Assembly (NCBI GenBank): GCA_000997385.1
Contig: LCBT01000003.1
Location: forward strand, 128,892-192,891
Origin: Candidatus Daviesbacteria bacterium GW2011_GWA1_41_61
Lineage (GTDB): Bacteria > Patescibacteriota > Microgenomatia > Daviesbacterales > UBA10151
Direction: 5' to 3'
DNA length: 64,000 bases
In this document: positions 50,261 to 60,285 of the stretch, in pieces
Layout: each line of letters starts with the position of its first letter
How positions within the stretch are numbered: position 1 is the stretch's first letter
Program-made: the position numbers and the translations under genes
Notes under the pieces: generated by a model
What the model was told of the DNA's origin: nothing
The model's input: only the letters and a program-made list of their open reading frames with translations
The model's database searches: none

Positions 50261-52273
50261 CTAATCTGGTGATACAGTTTGTGCTAAACTAGACAATTTT
50301 GCACGAAGCTTAGGGTATTTGTCAAGATCAGGGTTTTGCTCTAGGATTTTAGTTGCCGCTTCCCGGCTTTTTTCTATTAAACTTAAGTTGGAAAAAGAAG
50401 CTATTTTTAAATTCCATCTGCCGCTTTGTCTGGTTCCAAAGATTTCTCCACTGCCTCTGATTTTAAGATCAATTTCGGAAAGTTTAAGCCCATCGTGGAT
50501 GTGTTCTAGGTTTTTTAACCTGTTAATGGCTGAAGCATTTTCCTCCTCAGAAAACAAAAAAGTATAAGATTGCTCAGATCCCCTGCCTACCCTGCCTCGG
50601 AGTTGGTGCAGTTGGGCTAAACCAAACCGCTCTCCCCCTTCAATCAGCATAATAGTAGCATTAGGCACATCCACTCCTACCTCTACTACTGAGGTAGAGA
50701 CTAAGATATCAATCTGAGCATCTTTAAACTGGTTTAAAACCTCTTCTTTGTCTTTGGATTTGAGTTTTCCATGGAGTAGCCCTAATCTAAGGTGAGAGAA
50801 AACTTCCTTTTTAAGTCTTTCAAACTCTACTTTGGCAGCTTTAGCCGAAAGGATGGTTTCTGACTCTTCTATTAAAGGGGTAATAATATAAACTTGTTTG
50901 CCTTCTTTGACTTGAGCCTCAATAAATTTATAAGCATCAGCTCTTTTATAGGCAGGGACAAAATGAGTTCTAACTTCCTTTCTGCCCTTAGGCAGTTCAT
51001 CAATAACAGACATGTCTAAATCTCCATGGATGGTTAAGGCTACAGTTCGAGGAATTGGGGTAGCAGTCATGGTTAAAAAGTGAGGGATTTTAGCTTTACT
51101 TCTAAGCAAAGTTCTCTGCTCCACTCCAAACCTTTGTTGCTCATCTATCACTATTAACCCAATGTTATCTATTTCCAGGGTTTTAGAAAGCAAAGCATGG
51201 GTACCAACGATAACATGAGAACTACCCTGCAAAATTTTTCTGCTGCCTGTATAAATCCCCACCTCTAGACCATAGGGAGCTAAAAGGTTAGTTAAAGTTT
51301 GACAGTGTTGGAAAGCTAAGATCTCTGTGGGAGCCATAAGTAAAGAGTTGAGCCCATTTAAATAGGTTAAATAGATAATGATGGCTGCCACCACAGTTTT
51401 ACCTGAACCCACATCTCCTTGGACTAATCTGTTCATGGGATGTCCCTTTTGCAGATCATCAATGATCTCCTGAGTAACTTTTTTTTGGGCAGAAGTCAGT
51501 TCAAAGGGCAGATTTTTAACAAACCGGTTTATCTTTTCCTGATCAATCTTTAAGGGTTTAATAGTTTGTTTTTGTTGCCAATCCAGCCTAGCTTTTTGGG
51601 TAGCCAGCTGGATATAAAAGAGTTCATCAAAAGACAGCCTTTTTTTAGCTTTGGCAACATCATCAAAAGTTTGGGGAAAATGGATTAGATTTAAAGCTTC
51701 TGGCAGAGGTAACATCTCATCTTTGATAGAATTTGGTAAAGGGTCTCCTATTTGAAACAAAGCTCGGGGGAGTAAAGAAGCTATTTTTTGTCTGAGCCAC
51801 TTGGATGTTAAACCATAGGTTTCAGGATAAACAGGGACCAGTCTGCCGGTATGGAGGTTCACTTTACCCTCCTCTACTTTTTCCCAGTCAGGAGCTACCA
51901 TGGTGGTTTTAGAACCAAACCTGTCTATTTTTCCGGAAGCTCTAATCTTCTCCCCTACTTTAATATTTTTAGTCAGCCAGGATTGATTAAACCAGATAAG
52001 TTCCATAGAGCCAGTGCTATCATTTAAAGTAGCCTTAGTTAAAACTTTTCTAAACCTGGTATAGGTATTTTTAATACTCCAAACCTCCCCTTCCAAAGTT
52101 ACAGTCTCCCCTACTTTTACTTCAGAGATTTTAGAAACTTTAGAAAAGTCATCATACCTAAAAGGATAATGGTTAATTAAATCTTCTACTTTAAAAAGCT
52201 CCAGACGAATAAGCCTTTTGGCCAAGGTATAGCCTATCCCCGGTAAACCAGATAAAGGGGTGTTGAGTTCCAT
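50261..52273 (-). CDS. recG: ATP-dependent DNA helicase RecG
   Basis: QGDVGSGKT, DEQQRFG, TATPIPRT, QLHQLRGRVGRG; start moved to ATG 52273. Confidence 0.96.
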   Translation of the reverse strand: MELNTPLSGLPGIGYTLAKRLIRLELFKVEDLINHYPFRYDDFSKVSKISEVKVGETVTLEGEVWSIKNTYTRFRKVLTKATLNDSTGSMELIWFNQSWLTKNIKVGEKIRASGKIDRFGSKTTMVAPDWEKVEEGKVNLHTGRLVPVYPETYGLTSKWLRQKIASLLPRALFQIGDPLPNSIKDEMLPLPEALNLIHFPQTFDDVAKAKKRLSFDELFYIQLATQKARLDWQQKQTIKPLKIDQEKINRFVKNLPFELTSAQKKVTQEIIDDLQKGHPMNRLVQGDVGSGKTVVAAIIIYLTYLNGLNSLLMAPTEILAFQHCQTLTNLLAPYGLEVGIYTGSRKILQGSSHVIVGTHALLSKTLEIDNIGLIVIDEQQRFGVEQRTLLRSKAKIPHFLTMTATPIPRTVALTIHGDLDMSVIDELPKGRKEVRTHFVPAYKRADAYKFIEAQVKEGKQVYIITPLIEESETILSAKAAKVEFERLKKEVFSHLRLGLLHGKLKSKDKEEVLNQFKDAQIDILVSTSVVEVGVDVPNATIMLIEGGERFGLAQLHQLRGRVGRGSEQSYTFLFSEEENASAINRLKNLEHIHDGLKLSEIDLKIRGSGEIFGTRQSGRWNLKIASFSNLSLIEKSREAATKILEQNPDLDKYPKLRAKLSSLAQTVSPD

Positions 52274-52291
52274 GAGCCAATTATACTCCTT

Positions 52292-52315
52292 GGGATATAC
52301 CATCTGGTATATCCC
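52292..52315. repeat. Intergenic perfect palindrome
   Basis: GGGATATACCA-TC-TGGTATATCCC. Confidence 0.75.
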
Positions 52316-52332
52316 TGCAGCAGTAGTAAATC

Positions 52333-52983
52333 CTACTGTTTGTGTTTTTTTCTGAAGTGGTGGAAATAGATGGGGATGGCTGCTAGGATAATTGTGACTG
52401 CATAGAAGGTCAAGAGTGCTGAAGTGAGATTTTCAAATTTGGTAAAGATATAATAACTTAAAATTGTTCCTGGAATACCTGCTAAAAAGTTTACAGCAGC
52501 AAAGGTTTTAAAAGAGAGTTTAGTAAGTCCCAGTCCATATGACAAATAATCAAAGCTGCCTCCCTGAAAGACCCTTAAGATCACTAAACTAAAAGTTCCG
52601 GCATCGGCAACATAATGATCAATCTTTCCCATGGGAGTTTTACCAATAATTTTTTCTACCAAAGGCCTGCCATACCTTCTGGCTAAATAAAAGTTTAAAA
52701 GATAGGTAGGGGTAACTACTAAGTAAGCTAAAGTTAAAGCTATACCTGGACCAAATAAAGCAATCATGGTGATAACTAAGAAAAATCCACCTAAAGGGGC
52801 TAAAACAACAGTGATAAACTGTAAGATGATATAAACCAGGATTACAAAGGGACCAAAGCTGGAAAGCCATTTGGTAACCTCTTCCTGATTAGCTAAAACT
52901 AAGCCTTGAAGGTAATAAGAAAGGGTAATAATCAATATAAAAGGTAATATAAAAATCAAGTAAGGTTTTATCTTTAGCCACAT
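52333..52983 (-). CDS. TVP38/TMEM64 (VTT/DedA superfamily) membrane protein
   Basis: FYLARRYGR, LR, FDYLSY..GLT. Confidence 0.87.
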   Translation of the reverse strand: MWLKIKPYLIFILPFILIITLSYYLQGLVLANQEEVTKWLSSFGPFVILVYIILQFITVVLAPLGGFFLVITMIALFGPGIALTLAYLVVTPTYLLNFYLARRYGRPLVEKIIGKTPMGKIDHYVADAGTFSLVILRVFQGGSFDYLSYGLGLTKLSFKTFAAVNFLAGIPGTILSYYIFTKFENLTSALLTFYAVTIILAAIPIYFHHFRKKHKQ

Positions 52984-53098
52984 AAGCTGAGTATATCATC
53001 TATAAAGGAAGAGAAATTATTAGAAAAATACTTTAAAAGTTAAATACATTATTGTCTTTTAAGATAAAACAAACTATGATAGATCAGTAATTTTTCCT

Positions 53099-54376
53099 AT
53101 GGGGTTAAGAGAATCTCAGGTTGCTGAAACCTATCCAATTGATTCTGCCTTACAAAAAACTTCTATAAGAGAACAAGCCTGTGTTGCTATCTTAGGAAAG
53201 GGTTCTTTATTGTGGTGCGGAAGAACCAGAATATTTCCAGTGGAAACTGGTTTTACTTTAACCCCAGAAGAAGAATCCTCTACCGGAGCCTATCTTCAGC
53301 AAAGACTTCTTGATACCAAAAATTCAACTCAAGCAGAAAGAAAAGTTTCCGACCGAAATCAGATAATTGATCAGGGAATGACCGAGCTAGCAAAGTACTT
53401 GCAAGACACTCCTTTGTTAGTACTATTTGATAAGAGAAAGGAAGTCGAAAGGAATATTTTTCAAGGTATTCCTGCTCAATCAAGGAAAGGGAAAACTCTT
53501 TCTGTTAATGAATCTAATGAATTGCTTGGTTTAAAACGGGCCCAAAGGCTAGCGAGGCTTTATAGAAGTGGACGAATTGATTTAGACGATCTGACAAAAG
53601 CTGTTGAGGTGGTGAGCCTTCAAGATAAGTTTAAAGTTGACGCTATGGTTGGGGAGCTTTGGGCTTTAAAGAGAAATAAGGAAATTTTAAGGAAAGAGAA
53701 GGTTGCTTTAAGACGGTCTCAAAGGAAACAGGGAGTGCTAGAACTGTGGAATAGTTATTTTGCTCATCAGAGAGAGTTGGATCAAAACCTAGAACAAGTA
53801 TCTTGGCAGTTGACGGAAGCTCAAAGGCAACGGTTATTTTATGAGGAGATGAAAGCGCAGATGTTACGTAATTGGGGAAGTTGGGATGGGGTGAGTGTTT
53901 ATGATGATCAGATAGCAGAGTGTAAAACTAGAGCAGAACAATTGGGTGAGGAGTTTGGAGTTATTGGCTCACAAGTTCCACCTGAAGTTCTGCAGAGATT
54001 GGCTTCTCCAGTTTTAAAATGTAATGTTTTAAATCAATTATTGAGAAGAGAAAAAATAGATAAAAATTTAGGGGGTAAATTAGCTCAGTTGGCTTTGGCC
54101 AAACATGCTCAGATTATAAAGGAAGCAGAGGAAGCCAGAAAGGTAGAGGCTAGAGAAAGCTATCAAAGAATTTTAACTGCTGTTAGGGTTCCTTTGGTAG
54201 TGTCTGAAAGAGAACCAAAAAGAGCTTCTAGGTGGACAATCCCAGCTTTGGGAGCAGTATTAGGCTCTGTAATGAATAATTTGGCTGGAATTGTTGATAG
54301 AAAAACTCTTCAAAATAGCTTTCCGGCTAAAGGAACACTTACTTTTACACCCTATAGGTGGGAAGCTAACCTTTAG
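53099..54376 (+). CDS. Hypothetical helical/coiled-coil protein
   Basis: 425-aa ORF with no recognisable motif. Confidence 0.65.
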   Translation: MGLRESQVAETYPIDSALQKTSIREQACVAILGKGSLLWCGRTRIFPVETGFTLTPEEESSTGAYLQQRLLDTKNSTQAERKVSDRNQIIDQGMTELAKYLQDTPLLVLFDKRKEVERNIFQGIPAQSRKGKTLSVNESNELLGLKRAQRLARLYRSGRIDLDDLTKAVEVVSLQDKFKVDAMVGELWALKRNKEILRKEKVALRRSQRKQGVLELWNSYFAHQRELDQNLEQVSWQLTEAQRQRLFYEEMKAQMLRNWGSWDGVSVYDDQIAECKTRAEQLGEEFGVIGSQVPPEVLQRLASPVLKCNVLNQLLRREKIDKNLGGKLAQLALAKHAQIIKEAEEARKVEARESYQRILTAVRVPLVVSEREPKRASRWTIPALGAVLGSVMNNLAGIVDRKTLQNSFPAKGTLTFTPYRWEANL

Positions 54377-54419
54377 ATTGATCTTACCTTTTTATTACCC
54401 TATTTTTATTCCTTTTTAT

Positions 54420-54442
54420 CTTGTACTATAGTATAGTACAAG
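54420..54442. promoter_or_regulatory. Palindromic operator candidate overlapping the sod promoter
   Basis: CTTGTACTATA-G-TATAGTACAAG, ending 1 nt before the ATG. Confidence 0.6.
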
Positions 54443-54443
54443 T

Positions 54444-55055
54444 ATGTTTGAACTTCCCGATCTTCCTTATGGCTATAATGCTTTAGAGCCTTATATTGAT
54501 GAGGCTACTATGAAAGTCCATCATGATGGACACCATGCCACCTATGTTAAAAACTTAAATGAAGTTTTAGAAGGACATGAGGAATTTTTGAAGATGGATG
54601 TTGAGACACTGTTAAAATCTTTAGATAAAGTTCCTTTGGAAATCCAAACTAAAGTTAAAAATAACGCCGGAGGGCACTATCATCATTCTATCTTTTGGAC
54701 CATGATGGCTCCTTCTGGTGAAGGTAAACCTCATGGAAAGTTAGCTGAAACTATAAACCAAACTTTTGGTGGATGGGAAGCTTTTAAAGAACAATTTAAC
54801 CACTCAGCTTTGGGAGTTTTTGGCAGCGGTTGGACCTGGCTTGTTTTGGACAGTGGTAAACTGGTAATAGTTAACACTCTTAACCAGGACTCCCCAATTT
54901 CTCGAGGGGAGTTTCCAGTTTTAGGACTCGATCTTTGGGAACATGCTTATTATTTAAAGTATCAAAACAAAAGGGCTGATTATATAGAAAGTTGGTGGAA
55001 GGTAGTAAATTGGGAAGAGGCAGAAAAACGTCTTGAGCAAGCCTCAACTAAATAA
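54444..55055 (+). CDS. sodA: Mn/Fe superoxide dismutase
   Basis: LEPYI, HHDGHH, NNAGGH, FGSGW, NQD, DLWEHAYY. Confidence 0.95.
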   Translation: MFELPDLPYGYNALEPYIDEATMKVHHDGHHATYVKNLNEVLEGHEEFLKMDVETLLKSLDKVPLEIQTKVKNNAGGHYHHSIFWTMMAPSGEGKPHGKLAETINQTFGGWEAFKEQFNHSALGVFGSGWTWLVLDSGKLVIVNTLNQDSPISRGEFPVLGLDLWEHAYYLKYQNKRADYIESWWKVVNWEEAEKRLEQASTK

Positions 55056-55121
55056 CTTTAGTTTTTTTAAATTATTTTCTAAAGATCTATTCCCGGCCAA
55101 TTAGGATTTAACTATAGTTAT

Positions 55122-55226
55122 TTAAATACCCTGCAAAAGAGGCAGAAGTGAGAAAAGGATAATAGAAGCTCCGGCTATAACAGAAAGAATAATCCAAAAG
55201 ATTTTAAATTTTTTTGAATACAACAT
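55122..55226 (-). CDS. Small single-TM peptide (34 aa)
   Basis: Manual translation MLYSKKFKIFWIILSVIAGASIILFSLLPLLQGI*; TACAAT lies 6 nt before the ATG. Confidence 0.55.
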   Translation of the reverse strand: MLYSKKFKIFWIILSVIAGASIILFSLLPLLQGI

Positions 55227-55238
55227 AAAATTATTGTA

Positions 55239-56339
55239 TCATTTTTTAGTAAATTTCTCTATCTCTTCTAAGGCAGTTTTTCTTTGGGGATCTTCAAAAT
55301 ACTTTCTGGCAGGTTCTAATTTAGCTATTAACCACTCTGCTACAGCTTGTTTTAGATCCTGAGGATGTAATTTTTTAGCTCCATAATCAGCCTCTAAATC
55401 TTGGTAGGAAGTGTAGTGTAAATCCCCTCCCCATTTCTCATCCCTTTTAACCACCAAAGTGGTGTTTGGATTATAAAAGATTAGATGCTTACACCAATCT
55501 AAAATGGGATTAAATTTAACTTCTTCCTCTGGAGCAAAAGCGTTATTTACTTTTCTTCTAATTTCCTCTGGGCTATCATGGATAAAGACAGCGCTGTCCG
55601 GTTTAGATTTACTCATTTTTAGTGCAGTTATCATGTCTTCCCGGCTTTCCTCAGGAATTGGCCAGACGGCAGGTTTAAGAAGACCTTGTAATAGATGATG
55701 ATGGATAGCCACTGGTTTTTGACGATTTAAATCTCTGCTGACGTCTCGTGCTACAACATGGACATTCCTTTGATCTGTTCCGGCATGGGTAATATTTACA
55801 CTTAAAGTAAAGATATCAGCTGCTTGCATAGCTGGGTAAAATAGACTAGCTGTATCGGATGATTCACCAGCTTGCCTCCCCATGATAGTAGTTGATCTTA
55901 ACATCCTGGAGATGGTAGTGGCTTTAGCTACTTTTATTGTGGTTGCCCAGAATTCGGGATTTTCTTTGTATATCTCACTTCCTTGTCTAAATATAAGAGT
56001 TGAAGGGTCTCCTCCTAAACAGAGATAAGCAGCTTTCATGGCTTCTTCAAAGTATAGACGAGCCATTTTCTGAGAAGTTTCTAATGTCCCGTCTAATTTA
56101 TTATTTATCCATCCATGCCAGTCTGCTAACCAAATAATTGTTTCTGCTCCAGCCTGATACAATTCTTTCACTTTTTGTAAGGTGGCTAATCCAGTTCCTA
56201 AATGAACTTTACCTGATATTTCAAAACCAATGTAATGCTTGAGCGGTGTTCCTGAGGCAATTAGAGCTTTAAGTTCTTCTTCAGTTAAAACTTCATCTAA
56301 ATTCCTGGTTATTAAATTGAACTTTTGCTCATCAGTCAT
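55239..56339 (-). CDS. tyrS: Tyrosyl-tRNA synthetase, archaeal/eukaryotic type
   Basis: YIGFEISGKVHLG, LADWH, YPAMQAAD, GTDQR, KMSKS, LHPQDLK; 366 aa, no S4 domain. Confidence 0.9.
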   Translation of the reverse strand: MTDEQKFNLITRNLDEVLTEEELKALIASGTPLKHYIGFEISGKVHLGTGLATLQKVKELYQAGAETIIWLADWHGWINNKLDGTLETSQKMARLYFEEAMKAAYLCLGGDPSTLIFRQGSEIYKENPEFWATTIKVAKATTISRMLRSTTIMGRQAGESSDTASLFYPAMQAADIFTLSVNITHAGTDQRNVHVVARDVSRDLNRQKPVAIHHHLLQGLLKPAVWPIPEESREDMITALKMSKSKPDSAVFIHDSPEEIRRKVNNAFAPEEEVKFNPILDWCKHLIFYNPNTTLVVKRDEKWGGDLHYTSYQDLEADYGAKKLHPQDLKQAVAEWLIAKLEPARKYFEDPQRKTALEEIEKFTKK

Positions 56340-56430
56340 AAGTTGGTATATAAATTATATCTTAGAGTAGTAACAAATAACAAACTTTTCTTTCTTCCCT
56401 CCTAATATATATTTATGGTAGGATAGTACG

Positions 56431-58257
56431 ATGGAACCCGAAAAAACCCCGACAAAGAAATTTGATCAAATTAAAGAGACCGCTACAGTCTCCTGGAAAC
56501 TTTTAAAGCTAGTCTGGCAGGTTGACCGCTGGCTTTTTATAGGTTCAGCTACTGCCTCAATTTTGCCAGCCATAATACCTTTTATAAATTTCTACATCTA
56601 TAAATTAATTATTGATTTGGTAGTAGCTGTAGTTTCCCAGGGGGTACCAATAGATTTTAATCGGCTCTACCTGCTTATTGGACTTCGAGTTGTAACCTAT
56701 TTTGTTTTAGATGTTACCTTTAGAACCCAAGAGTTGATGGAACGTTTATTTTGGACTAAGGTACCAATTTATCTTAATGAGAAGATCTTTCAAAAAACGG
56801 TCAATTTGGATATCCAGTATTTTGAGGATAGTAAGTTTAAGGATCTCTTAGAAAAAGTTAGGGACAGTGTTTCCTGGAGGCCTCAGCAATTAGTTTCCTA
56901 TTTATTTATGGGAGCTCAGAGTTTGGTTCAGGTAATAATTGCTTTTATTGCTATCGCCAATCTTAACCCTTTCTTAGTACTTTTGATTGCTTCAGTGGCT
57001 GTCCCAGAATTTATTAATCAAACACAACAGTCAAAGCTCTCTTGGGGTATCTGGGAGAGAAATTCACCTTTTAGGAAAAAGTTTTGGTATTTATCGGGAC
57101 TATTACAACATGCCTGGACTATCAAGGAGGTAAAAATATTTCGATTAGCCAAAAAGTTTCTTGACGAGATTAGATCTATTCAGGAAAAATTTTACCTTGA
57201 TAATGCCAAGCTTGCTAAACGCAATTATGGTTTAAATTTGATTTTTAATGCGCTCTCGACAGCAGTTTTTATTGGCTTTGAAATCTTTGTGATCTTTGAA
57301 GCTCTAGCCAGAAGAATTACCATTGGAGACGTTAATTTTTATACCGGAGTGGTTTCTAATTTCCAAAGCGGGTTAGGAGGTCTATTTAGGAATATGACTG
57401 GAGTGTTTGAAAACAGCCTTTATATTAAAAGTATGTTTGATATTTTGGAAGCTAGACCTAAAGTGGTACAGGCGGAGAATCCTCAAAAGCTAACCTTAAG
57501 GAGGACTCCCCTTGTTGAATTTAGAGATGTTACTTTTGCCTATCCTGATTCTAAACAGAAAATATTAAAAAACTTTTCTTTAACTATAAACCCAGGAGAA
57601 AAAATTGCTTTGGTAGGCGAAAACGGGGCTGGAAAATCAACAGTTATTAAGCTTTTAGTGAGGTTTTATGATGTCCAGGAGGGGGGAATCTTCATTGATG
57701 GTATTAACTTGAAGGATCTTGATTTAGAGGATTGGTACCGGCATGTAGGAGTTTTATTCCAGGATTTTAATAAGTATGAACATACAGTAACAGAGAATAT
57801 TGGGTTTGGTAAGGCCTTTGAGGAGGTTAATGTTGGAGAAGTTATTCGGGCAGCTACCTCTGCTGGAGCACACCCAATGATCCAAAAGTTAGACCAAGGA
57901 TATCAGCAGATGCTAGGAAAAACATTTGAAGGTGGAGTTGATTTGTCTATTGGGCAGTGGCAGAAGATTGCTTTAGCACGGGCATTCTTAAGAAATGCTC
58001 CAGTTTTGGTTTTGGATGAACCTACCGCTTCAATTGATGCCAAAGCTGAATCAGAAATTTTTAACAGGGTGGAAAGGTTGTCTCACGATAAAACAGTCAT
58101 TATCATCTCTCACCGGTTTTCCACTGTCAGAAATGCTGACAAAATTTATGTCATAGATAATGGTAAAATTGTGGAATCTGGCAGCCACAGTGATCTGATG
58201 AAGGTTGACGGCCAGTATGCCACCCTTTTTAAACTTCAAGCCAAAGGTTACCAGTAA
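56431..58257 (+). CDS. ABC exporter, fused TMD and NBD
   Basis: 6 TM, GENGAGKS, LSIGQWQ, LDEPT, ISHR. Confidence 0.93.
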   Translation: MEPEKTPTKKFDQIKETATVSWKLLKLVWQVDRWLFIGSATASILPAIIPFINFYIYKLIIDLVVAVVSQGVPIDFNRLYLLIGLRVVTYFVLDVTFRTQELMERLFWTKVPIYLNEKIFQKTVNLDIQYFEDSKFKDLLEKVRDSVSWRPQQLVSYLFMGAQSLVQVIIAFIAIANLNPFLVLLIASVAVPEFINQTQQSKLSWGIWERNSPFRKKFWYLSGLLQHAWTIKEVKIFRLAKKFLDEIRSIQEKFYLDNAKLAKRNYGLNLIFNALSTAVFIGFEIFVIFEALARRITIGDVNFYTGVVSNFQSGLGGLFRNMTGVFENSLYIKSMFDILEARPKVVQAENPQKLTLRRTPLVEFRDVTFAYPDSKQKILKNFSLTINPGEKIALVGENGAGKSTVIKLLVRFYDVQEGGIFIDGINLKDLDLEDWYRHVGVLFQDFNKYEHTVTENIGFGKAFEEVNVGEVIRAATSAGAHPMIQKLDQGYQQMLGKTFEGGVDLSIGQWQKIALARAFLRNAPVLVLDEPTASIDAKAESEIFNRVERLSHDKTVIIISHRFSTVRNADKIYVIDNGKIVESGSHSDLMKVDGQYATLFKLQAKGYQ

Positions 58258-58354
58258 TTAGTACAAAAGATATCAAAAACAGTCAAAAATAATTTGATGG
58301 TTGAGTTTGTCTTTACAAGGTTTAAATTTGCAAAATTAGCCTCAAAATTTTTAG

Positions 58355-58383
58355 TTGACAAAGTTTTTAAATCTTTCTATATT
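58355..58383 (+). promoter_or_regulatory. Sigma70 promoter of the CAP gene
   Basis: TTGACA-N17-TATATT, 8 nt before the GTG. Confidence 0.55.
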
Positions 58384-58391
58384 CAAAGTCT

Positions 58392-59006
58392 GTGACTTTT
58401 ACGTCTGCCATATTAGCCACACTTTTATTGCCTTTAGGGTTTTTCAGCCATCTATCCGGCCTGATAATTAAACCGGCTTCTACTCCTCCTCCTAAACCAA
58501 AGATTATTTTAACAACTGCCTCTGAGCCTGTGTACGATATTACCTTTGAAGTTATCTCTACCCCAACTGCAACGGTGACCCCTACTCCTACTGTAAAACC
58601 TACCTCCTCCCCCACTCCTAAACCTACTTCTCCCCCTCCTCCACTAACCTCTGGTTCTTCTGTCCAAGATTACCTGATGCAGGAGATTAATAACTATAGA
58701 AGATCCCAAGGATTATCTGAAGTTAAAACTGATTCTTATACTTGTGATTTTGCAGCTATAAGAGCCCAAGAAATCTCTTCAGCTTTTAACCATGACGGCT
58801 TTAGCAATAGGTTGAGTAGTAAGACTCTCCCCTACCCCAGTTATAGTGTAGTAATAGAAAACCTGGCCAAAATTTCTGATTACCAGAAAGTGGTTACTTT
58901 GTGGATTAATTCCTCCGGCCATGCTGCCAATATGAGGAAAGATACCCCCTTTGTTTGTGTGGCTCAAAACGGCAACTTCTTTGCTTACGAAGGCTTCAAA
59001 CCGTAA
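58392..59006 (+). CDS. Secreted CAP/SCP-domain protein with Pro/Thr linker
   Basis: INNYRRSQGL, FNH, ENLA, WINSSGHAAN. Confidence 0.88.
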   Translation: MTFTSAILATLLLPLGFFSHLSGLIIKPASTPPPKPKIILTTASEPVYDITFEVISTPTATVTPTPTVKPTSSPTPKPTSPPPPLTSGSSVQDYLMQEINNYRRSQGLSEVKTDSYTCDFAAIRAQEISSAFNHDGFSNRLSSKTLPYPSYSVVIENLAKISDYQKVVTLWINSSGHAANMRKDTPFVCVAQNGNFFAYEGFKP

Positions 59007-60285
59007 AATCAACGCTGATGCCTTTTCTGTCTACATGCTGCCAAAAGCAACGCTTTTGGTTAATGCTTTGGGAAAGTTTAGGTAAATTGATTAAAGCTTT
59101 GATTAAAGCCACATATTCTACAAAACTTAATAAATAGAAAAAGATATACATGGTGGGAGAAATTAACAATAATTTGATTTTGTCTTTTTTCCCTAATGTT
59201 TCTTCAGCTAGAATATTTATGCCGATATAGGCAGAGATAACAGTATAAGCTGAGATAAAGGTAAAAGTGTCTTTAAAAATAAGGATTACCAGCAGAATAT
59301 AGCCTGCCAAAAACGGTTCTAAAAAGAAGGCAAAATCACAAAAGATCGCAAATGGTAAATAAAAATAGGTCAAAAGCCGGCTATATTTTTGATCAGAATT
59401 AAAAAACATATTTTTATTTTTGAAAAATGTCTGACTTCTTCCCCATTTCCAACGATAACGCTGTTTAATCAGGGCGCCTATTGTTTGACAACTTTCAGTA
59501 TAGGCTATTACATCAGCTCCATAAATTACCCGGTAGTGTTTATTGCCTTTTTGTAAGATTTTCATGGTTAAATCAATATCTTCAGTAACGGTGTCGTGAT
59601 CGTAAAACCCAACCTTTTTTAAAATGCTTTTTCTAAATACTGAACCGATTCCGCCGATAATATATTCAATGTTAAAAGTAGTTTGAGCTCTCTTCATTTG
59701 GTAGCAGATTAAATATTCAAATTTTTGAATTAAGTTTATCAAGCTGTTATCATCGATAATTTTGACATTAGAAGATAAGGCTGCGACTTTTTGATCTTCA
59801 AAATATTGGGCAGCGTAAGTCAAAGCATTTTTTTCTAAATAAGAATCACCATCAAGGCACATTACCAGTGATCCTTTAGTATAGTTTTTTATCCCCTTAT
59901 TTAAAGCATTAGCCTTACCGGAATTTTTTTGTCTAATTAACTGTAAATTCAAAAGCTTGTTTTTTTCTTTAAATTTTCTAACCAAATTAGGGGTATGGTC
60001 AACTGATCCGTCATCAATCACAATAATTTGCAGTTTACTTTGAGGATAGTTATTAGAAGCCACAGAGCTGAGGCAGCGGATAATCGTTTTTTCTTCATTA
60101 TGGGCGGGAATAACGACGCTAAGTAACGGCTTATAGAGCTTCTTTTTGCTTTGGGTAGATTTTTTTTGAGCAAGATGTTTTTTAAGCCCATAAATATCAG
60201 AGCCGATAAGAAAGATCATCATTCTCAACAGATTAACAATACCCAAAAAAACAATTAGATAGCTAATAAAAGATAATATTTTCAT
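58996..60285 (-). CDS. Processive GT2 glycosyltransferase (PgaC/IcaA-like)
   Basis: IPAHNEE, DDGS, DGD, TED and QRYRW (QxxRW); N- and C-terminal TMs. Confidence 0.9.
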   Translation of the reverse strand: MKILSFISYLIVFLGIVNLLRMMIFLIGSDIYGLKKHLAQKKSTQSKKKLYKPLLSVVIPAHNEEKTIIRCLSSVASNNYPQSKLQIIVIDDGSVDHTPNLVRKFKEKNKLLNLQLIRQKNSGKANALNKGIKNYTKGSLVMCLDGDSYLEKNALTYAAQYFEDQKVAALSSNVKIIDDNSLINLIQKFEYLICYQMKRAQTTFNIEYIIGGIGSVFRKSILKKVGFYDHDTVTEDIDLTMKILQKGNKHYRVIYGADVIAYTESCQTIGALIKQRYRWKWGRSQTFFKNKNMFFNSDQKYSRLLTYFYLPFAIFCDFAFFLEPFLAGYILLVILIFKDTFTFISAYTVISAYIGINILAEETLGKKDKIKLLLISPTMYIFFYLLSFVEYVALIKALINLPKLSQSINQKRCFWQHVDRKGISVDFTV

